NCBI GenBank assembly: GCA_010093605.1
Contig: MU004188.1
Coordinates: 127,673 to 191,672, forward strand
Source of the DNA: Lophium mytilinum
Lineage: Eukaryota
Direction of reading: 5' to 3'
DNA length: 64,000 nucleotides
Positions 59,126 to 64,000 of this stretch are shown here, in pieces. The notes under the pieces are model-generated. The model had not been told where the DNA came from, searched no databases, and saw only the letters and a list, made by a program, of their open reading frames with translations. Position 1 is the first letter of the stretch. Each line of letters starts with the position of its first letter. A program made the position numbers and the translations under genes.

Positions 59126-61235
59126 AACAACTCGTCATAGAATTCCGTACACTTGTTTACCACTGCTAGAGAGGCCTTGCGGTATTTTCAGCGCTCCGAA
59201 TGGAAGAAAACTACGGTGGTTTAGACCGGTGAACCCGCGAGGCTAACACAGACAGCGTCGGCATGGTGGTGGCCGGAGAGCATATTCTCGAACTGACAGG
59301 TAATCTTTTGCAGCTCAGCGGCAGTCTTCAGGCAGCGTTAGATACCGCTGCTTGCCGTCGTTAGGGGTGCTTCATAGCACACTAACGAAATTGACGAGAT
59401 GTATGTTGGATGAAAAAGCACGCCCCGCCTAACATTAGGGGGACCGGAAAATAAGCGATATTATATACTCCAACAATGTAAGCTACCCGGAGAGCGGGAT
59501 ACAGATTCACGGCTGGCTCCCCCTGTATTCCAGAAGGGGCAAGTCTTGGCCTTTCGCAAAATCGTGGAGTGCCGCATCTGCCATCCGTAGAGCGGGATGC
59601 AAATGCACAACCGACCGCAACTAGCTAACACAGATTGAAAGTTGAGGGAAAAGCCGATCACGTGCCATCTCCCAAAGCACCAGGTCTTGGCGCGTCCAAA
59701 AAGCGTGGAAGGCGGAGCAGTAAATTCACCAGATTAATCAGTGGGGCATACATTTCCCTACGCCTGTCTACCGCTGCTTGTGGTGCCTTGATCCATTTTG
59801 AAGACATAAATGAGATAGAAACTCTGAACTGTGGGCTATGTGGAAAATTATTGAAAGATTTCAAGCAGTGGCAGATAGGTGTGTATACGACCGCACCCGA
59901 GTGTCCCAATTTTTCCATGCTAAGCGTGATGGGCAAGAATATAAGGGCAGCTAGTCCAGATGAAGTAGAGTAAGGCTGACGCTTGGCGGCAAGGCACACC
60001 TTGACGTGTCGATCACCTGTTAGGGCTCGTCAAAGAAAGGAAGCAGTCTTTTCGGACTCAGTCTGAGGTGACCCGGTCTGATGTGACCCGAAGAGCTATT
60101 CGGCGTGCCAGAATCGCCTATTTCTGATCGATGATGACATAGCAGGGGGCCTCAAGCGGTGCTAGGCCAGTGTACATAACAGCTGAAATCCGAAGGGTCG
60201 GAAATTCCTGGATCTTGGATTGCCACATTCTGTTCAACGGAAATGTACGAGGGGTGACGAGGTTGATTGCCGGAAGCAAGAAGCTGGAAAGGTCCAGCGT
60301 TCACGAACCTGTGAAGTTGATGTATTGACTCGCATCTGCCTTTGACGGAGTTCGAAGGAAGAGAAATGAGAAGCTGTGCGTGTGAAACATGCAAAGACGG
60401 TGTATGGCTCTTGGAGAGGCAAACCAAGCCTATAGCAGAGTTAGAATGAAGTTTATTGCGATATTTTCATTCGGGTGCAAGGGCATGTCTATGCCCACAT
60501 CGATCCGTTATCAACGAAACAGTGTCACTGCTCACACTCTCTCGACGTACGTCTTAGAGACTCATCATGCTAATCCAACCTATGCGCCCAACCTCGTCGA
60601 AATCAGAATAACCACCAGGAAGAGAGAAGAAAAGAAGGCATTGCCCCGCTGAAATGCAACATCGACAAAGCTAAGACGAGGTAATGGCAATAGCTACCTG
60701 TAGTTTCCCTCATCCAAGAAGAACATCAACAGCAACGAGTTAGCCGCCAATGGTACGCCGCTCACCAAACCCCAAACGAGCGCCAAGTCCGCTGCCCTTA
60801 TTTCCTATTCCATCCGAGACTTGAATGGTCCCGTCCAATTGTTCCCCCAGGGTGCCCTTCAAACGCCAATCGTGAGCCAAATCCAGTAGCGCCGAATCTG
60901 GTTCGCTAAACAACCATCAAAAGGGATTCATCTTTTGTCGAGTACTCGATGTTGTTCGACCGAAGTATGTTTTCGACATGTGCAATGCGTTGCGTGCATG
61001 CGGTCGTGCTTTTCTCTAAGCTCTAGCACAAACGGTCTAACTTGGATCATTTTGCTTCACCCGCCCTCATGCCCCTCTTCTTTTGTCGTGTGTGATGCAC
61101 GCATTGTTGTGCGTCGCTCTCCGCGATAGTCGTCGCACCACCGCGGCCCCGCTTCCTCTTGCTCTTCCCTCTTCCCTCCCGTCTTCAGATGTCAAAGTTC
61201 ATATGTCGTCAGAAATTTCCCCCTCGCGCTCTCAC

Positions 61236-62657
61236 TCACTCGATGAGTGGTTTCCTGACACCACCAACCATTGCAATGCCAAGTGCTCTCAGTCCATTCG
61301 GCTCATTAGCTTTGATCACCACACTGGCGGGAAGCATGGGGTTGTCCGGGCTGACGTGTGCGGCGTCTTTAGCGGCTTGCTCGATGGCTTCCATTTCCTC
61401 CTTGCAGCCGGCATGATCAAACGGGCAGACGACGATGGGTTGGCGGAGTAGGATATCTTTCGCCGATGACATTTGCGCCTATCTGGTGTGTTAGCAAACA
61501 GGAATCACTCGTTTGAGATCGAACTCAAAGAGAACTAAGACACATACTTTTACTGTCAAATAGTACTCAATCTTGTACAGCGAGCCTGTCGTCGTAAACC
61601 CACTGACAGCATACATCGGAAATTCTTTCTTGCCCCGCGGAATAATGCCGTCACTATCCCGTAGATCCTTCCCTGGAAACACCAAACCTAGATTTGTGAA
61701 GTAACCCGCTTCCGGCATCTTGACATTGACCGTCTGGGCCGTTTTAGTAAGCGTTTTGACCTTCCGGCTTGGTTCGTCCCCCTCGTGATTGAATATGATT
61801 TCCTCATCTATCCCAATCGTAATCGTTTTTATTGTCACTTTCTTCGCTTTCGATAGCCAATCCGGATTTGGTGATAGTTTGATATACACAGACACTGGGT
61901 CCATGGGCCCGTAAGACCATCGCGGTAGAGATATGCCCAGCGTCACCAGATGGTCCGTCACGCGTTCAGCGCTTTCCGGGCGGTTATACATGCCAAATGT
62001 CGATAAAGTGTCATATCGGGATATCGGCACGGGAAATGGATATTTCTTCTGCTCTTGTGGTCCTTGTTGTACTGTTACTACTAACTCGTAGAACGTCTCA
62101 GCCGTCCGCGATGGTAGTTGTAGGCTTGCGGGCGGTACTCTTCGGGCCACTTCTTCACCTCCGCGTCCGTACGGTATAAATATTACAAAGGGTAGGTCCA
62201 TGCTTAGTACGCTTTCGCATTCCTTCCCAGTGGGACACCTGAATAGCAGCATCTCCTTGCCTACGATGTCGGTGATCTCCTTGCGGGGTGCAGCAAGGTG
62301 CTTCTTCGTTATTGATTCGGCCGAGGGGTGTATGGTCTCGCGACGGTGCAGAGCAATGGTCACGAGTGAGACGAGGACTGGGGCGCTGACACCTTTGTCA
62401 GGTCGGATTTCCACTTTGCCTTCTATTCTAGGCTACACACATCACAGGTTAGCAAATCTATAGTAAATCAAGAACATGGCCTAGGTCTTGGACATGACAT
62501 TTGGAAAGGTATTGCGATAGGCCCACTATGCGCCTATAGCGATCTATCCCCCGCCATGCATAAGGAAAGTCTCACGTACCAGCGTGGCCGAGATTCCCGG
62601 GTAGCCGACCAAGAAATTACTGTTGGGCGGCCCCGAGACGCGCACAAACGCCGCCAT
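61236..62657 (-). CDS. Conserved fungal arrestin-like beta-sandwich protein, 3 exons
   Basis: MAAFVRVSGPPNSNFLVGYPGISATL|PRIEGKVEIR, DLPFVIFIP, PPASLQL, ETFYEL, FTTTGSLYKIEYYLTVK|A..QPIVVCP; exons join in frame. The arrestin-like label is pattern-based. Confidence 0.75.
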
Positions 62658-63475
62658 CTTATCTCGTGGCTCTGGGAGGGAGCGGTATGCGGTCGTCGTC
62701 GGCGCTGGCCTTCCACCGCTCCTGGAACTGCATGGAACCGCCCGTCTTGCGGGGTGTCTCCCTCACTAGGCTCCGAGGCTGGTGAGCACACGGGTCGAGC
62801 GAATGCAGGTGCTGGTGTCGACTATGCCGCGCTCTCGATCAGGTTATAGATATTGCTCCGTCTCTTATGGTCAGGCTCTCGAGCTGTCACGCCTCGAGCT
62901 CAGCGCGCCGGCTGTGGGCGCTCTCGCGGTCGAATTCGAGCGGGCCTAGGTGGAGAGAAGGAAGCTCAGAGAATAGTCGGCGGAGGGGTGGCGAACGGAC
63001 AGGAATGTTGAGGCGTGGGCGGTGGTGAGAGTGTGGTGAGCGGTGGAGGTGGTAGGGCTGTGGTGATCGTGGAGGGATCAGCTCTGTGATAGGGCAGGCG
63101 TTTCGCAGCAGCGAACGGTGGGGTAGCCGTATGGGTATAATGATGCGCTCGGCACGGCGTATGGTGAATTGTATAGTCCTGAGCAGGGCGGGACGTTCGG
63201 GAGGAGCAGTGTCAGTGAGCGGACGGCATAGGGCTCCGTAGCCGGTGAGGCGCACCGCGGGCTGGGCGTTGGTGGAGTGGTGGTGGAGGTGGCAGGGCAG
63301 TTCGTCGAGGGCGTGAGCGCAAGGACACGATGGGGCTGAAGCTGAAGTTAAGGCCTCTGGACGAGCCCAGCTGCTACGCCATATCAACACGACAAAACTC
63401 TACTACTACGTCAGTGTAAACATCGCCATCGCCAGCACCCGCAGCCGTGGTCTACTGCGCTGCCCTTAAGTCGCC

Positions 63476-64000
63476 ATGTCTGTCACGGTACGTCAAATCA
63501 TGCATTACCTCACTCTCCACCATGGACCAATCCCCCAATTCCCCGAACCCGGCTCCCTTCATGTCCTATCACCACCACCCCCACCATCTGTCGTCCGCAT
63601 CCCCACAGCACGTAAGCCAGCTGAGGCGCGACACGACATGTCTTACCAATGCTATACATTTTCCCAGCATACTCATAGCCTCATGACGCCAGCATGCATT
63701 TCCGGTCCCATCATCGTTAAATCTCATAACATCTCCAACATAGCCTCAAGCTTCACCGAGCTACAAAATAGACCTACCACTAATCACACAACCAACACAG
63801 CTCCACACAACCCACGGCGAGCTCAAACTCGAGCTCTTCTGCGAGTCCACCCCCAGCACCTGCGAGAACTTCCTCGCCCTCTGCGCCTCCTCCGCCTACA
63901 ATGGCTCCGACTTCCACCGCCTCATCCCCGGCTTCATGATCCAGACCGGCTCTCCCGCCAGCGACCCAAAACACAAGTCCTCGAGCTCCATTTACCCTAC
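63476..64000 (+). CDS. cyp10: Cyclophilin PPIL3/Cyp10 peptidyl-prolyl isomerase, 5' part only (runs off the window)
   Basis: Exon 1 63476-63487 (MSVT), intron 63488-63800, exon 2 LHTTHGELKLELFCESTPSTCENFLALCASSAYNGSDFHRLIPGFMIQTG. Confidence 0.9.
   Translation, partial: MSVTVRQIMHYLTLHHGPIPQFPEPGSLHVLSPPPPPSVVRIPTARKPAEARHDMSYQCYTFSQHTHSLMTPACISGPIIVKSHNISNIASSFTELQNRPTTNHTTNTAPHNPRRAQTRALLRVHPQHLRELPRPLRLLRLQWLRLPPPHPRLHDPDRLSRQRPKTQVLELHLPY

Noticed and set aside
59200..61200. Short ORFs including 59635-59973 with a CxxC
   Set aside because: Non-ATG starts, no recognisable domain or consistent splice structure.
1..64000. rRNA, tRNA, CRISPR arrays, intact transposons, secondary-metabolite backbone genes
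   Set aside because: None recognised by eye; small RNA genes cannot be excluded without tRNAscan-SE or Infernal.

Overview
Eukaryotic genomic DNA from a filamentous ascomycete (Pezizomycotina-like: short ~50-nt GT-AG introns with CTRAC/CTAAY branch sites, an alpha-1,3-glucan synthase, a pectin lyase, a PDR ABC transporter). I assembled about 22 genes by hand-splicing the ORF fragments. Conserved genes: alpha-1,3-glucan synthase, GPATCH1-like, KIN1/MARK kinase, RCD1/CAF40, an arrestin-like protein and cyclophilin PPIL3. The most notable locus is a five-exon gene (12203-17519, -) whose exons join in frame into one ~1705-aa protein: a cellular RNA-dependent RNA polymerase (DLDGD), a BACK/TLDc-like linker, and a complete UPF1-like SF1 helicase. 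It sits head-to-head, 299 bp apart, with an intronless NadR/AAA_28-type P-loop kinase, suggesting a two-gene RNA-silencing or antiviral module. Other notable items: a head-to-head paralog pair sharing an unrecognised domain (one copy carries two CCHC zinc knuckles), five intronless F-box-like paralogs in different states of decay, and a spliced mitochondrial-type gene missing from the ORF track. I recognised no rRNA, tRNA, CRISPR array or intact transposon. All family assignments come from motif recognition by eye, not database searches.
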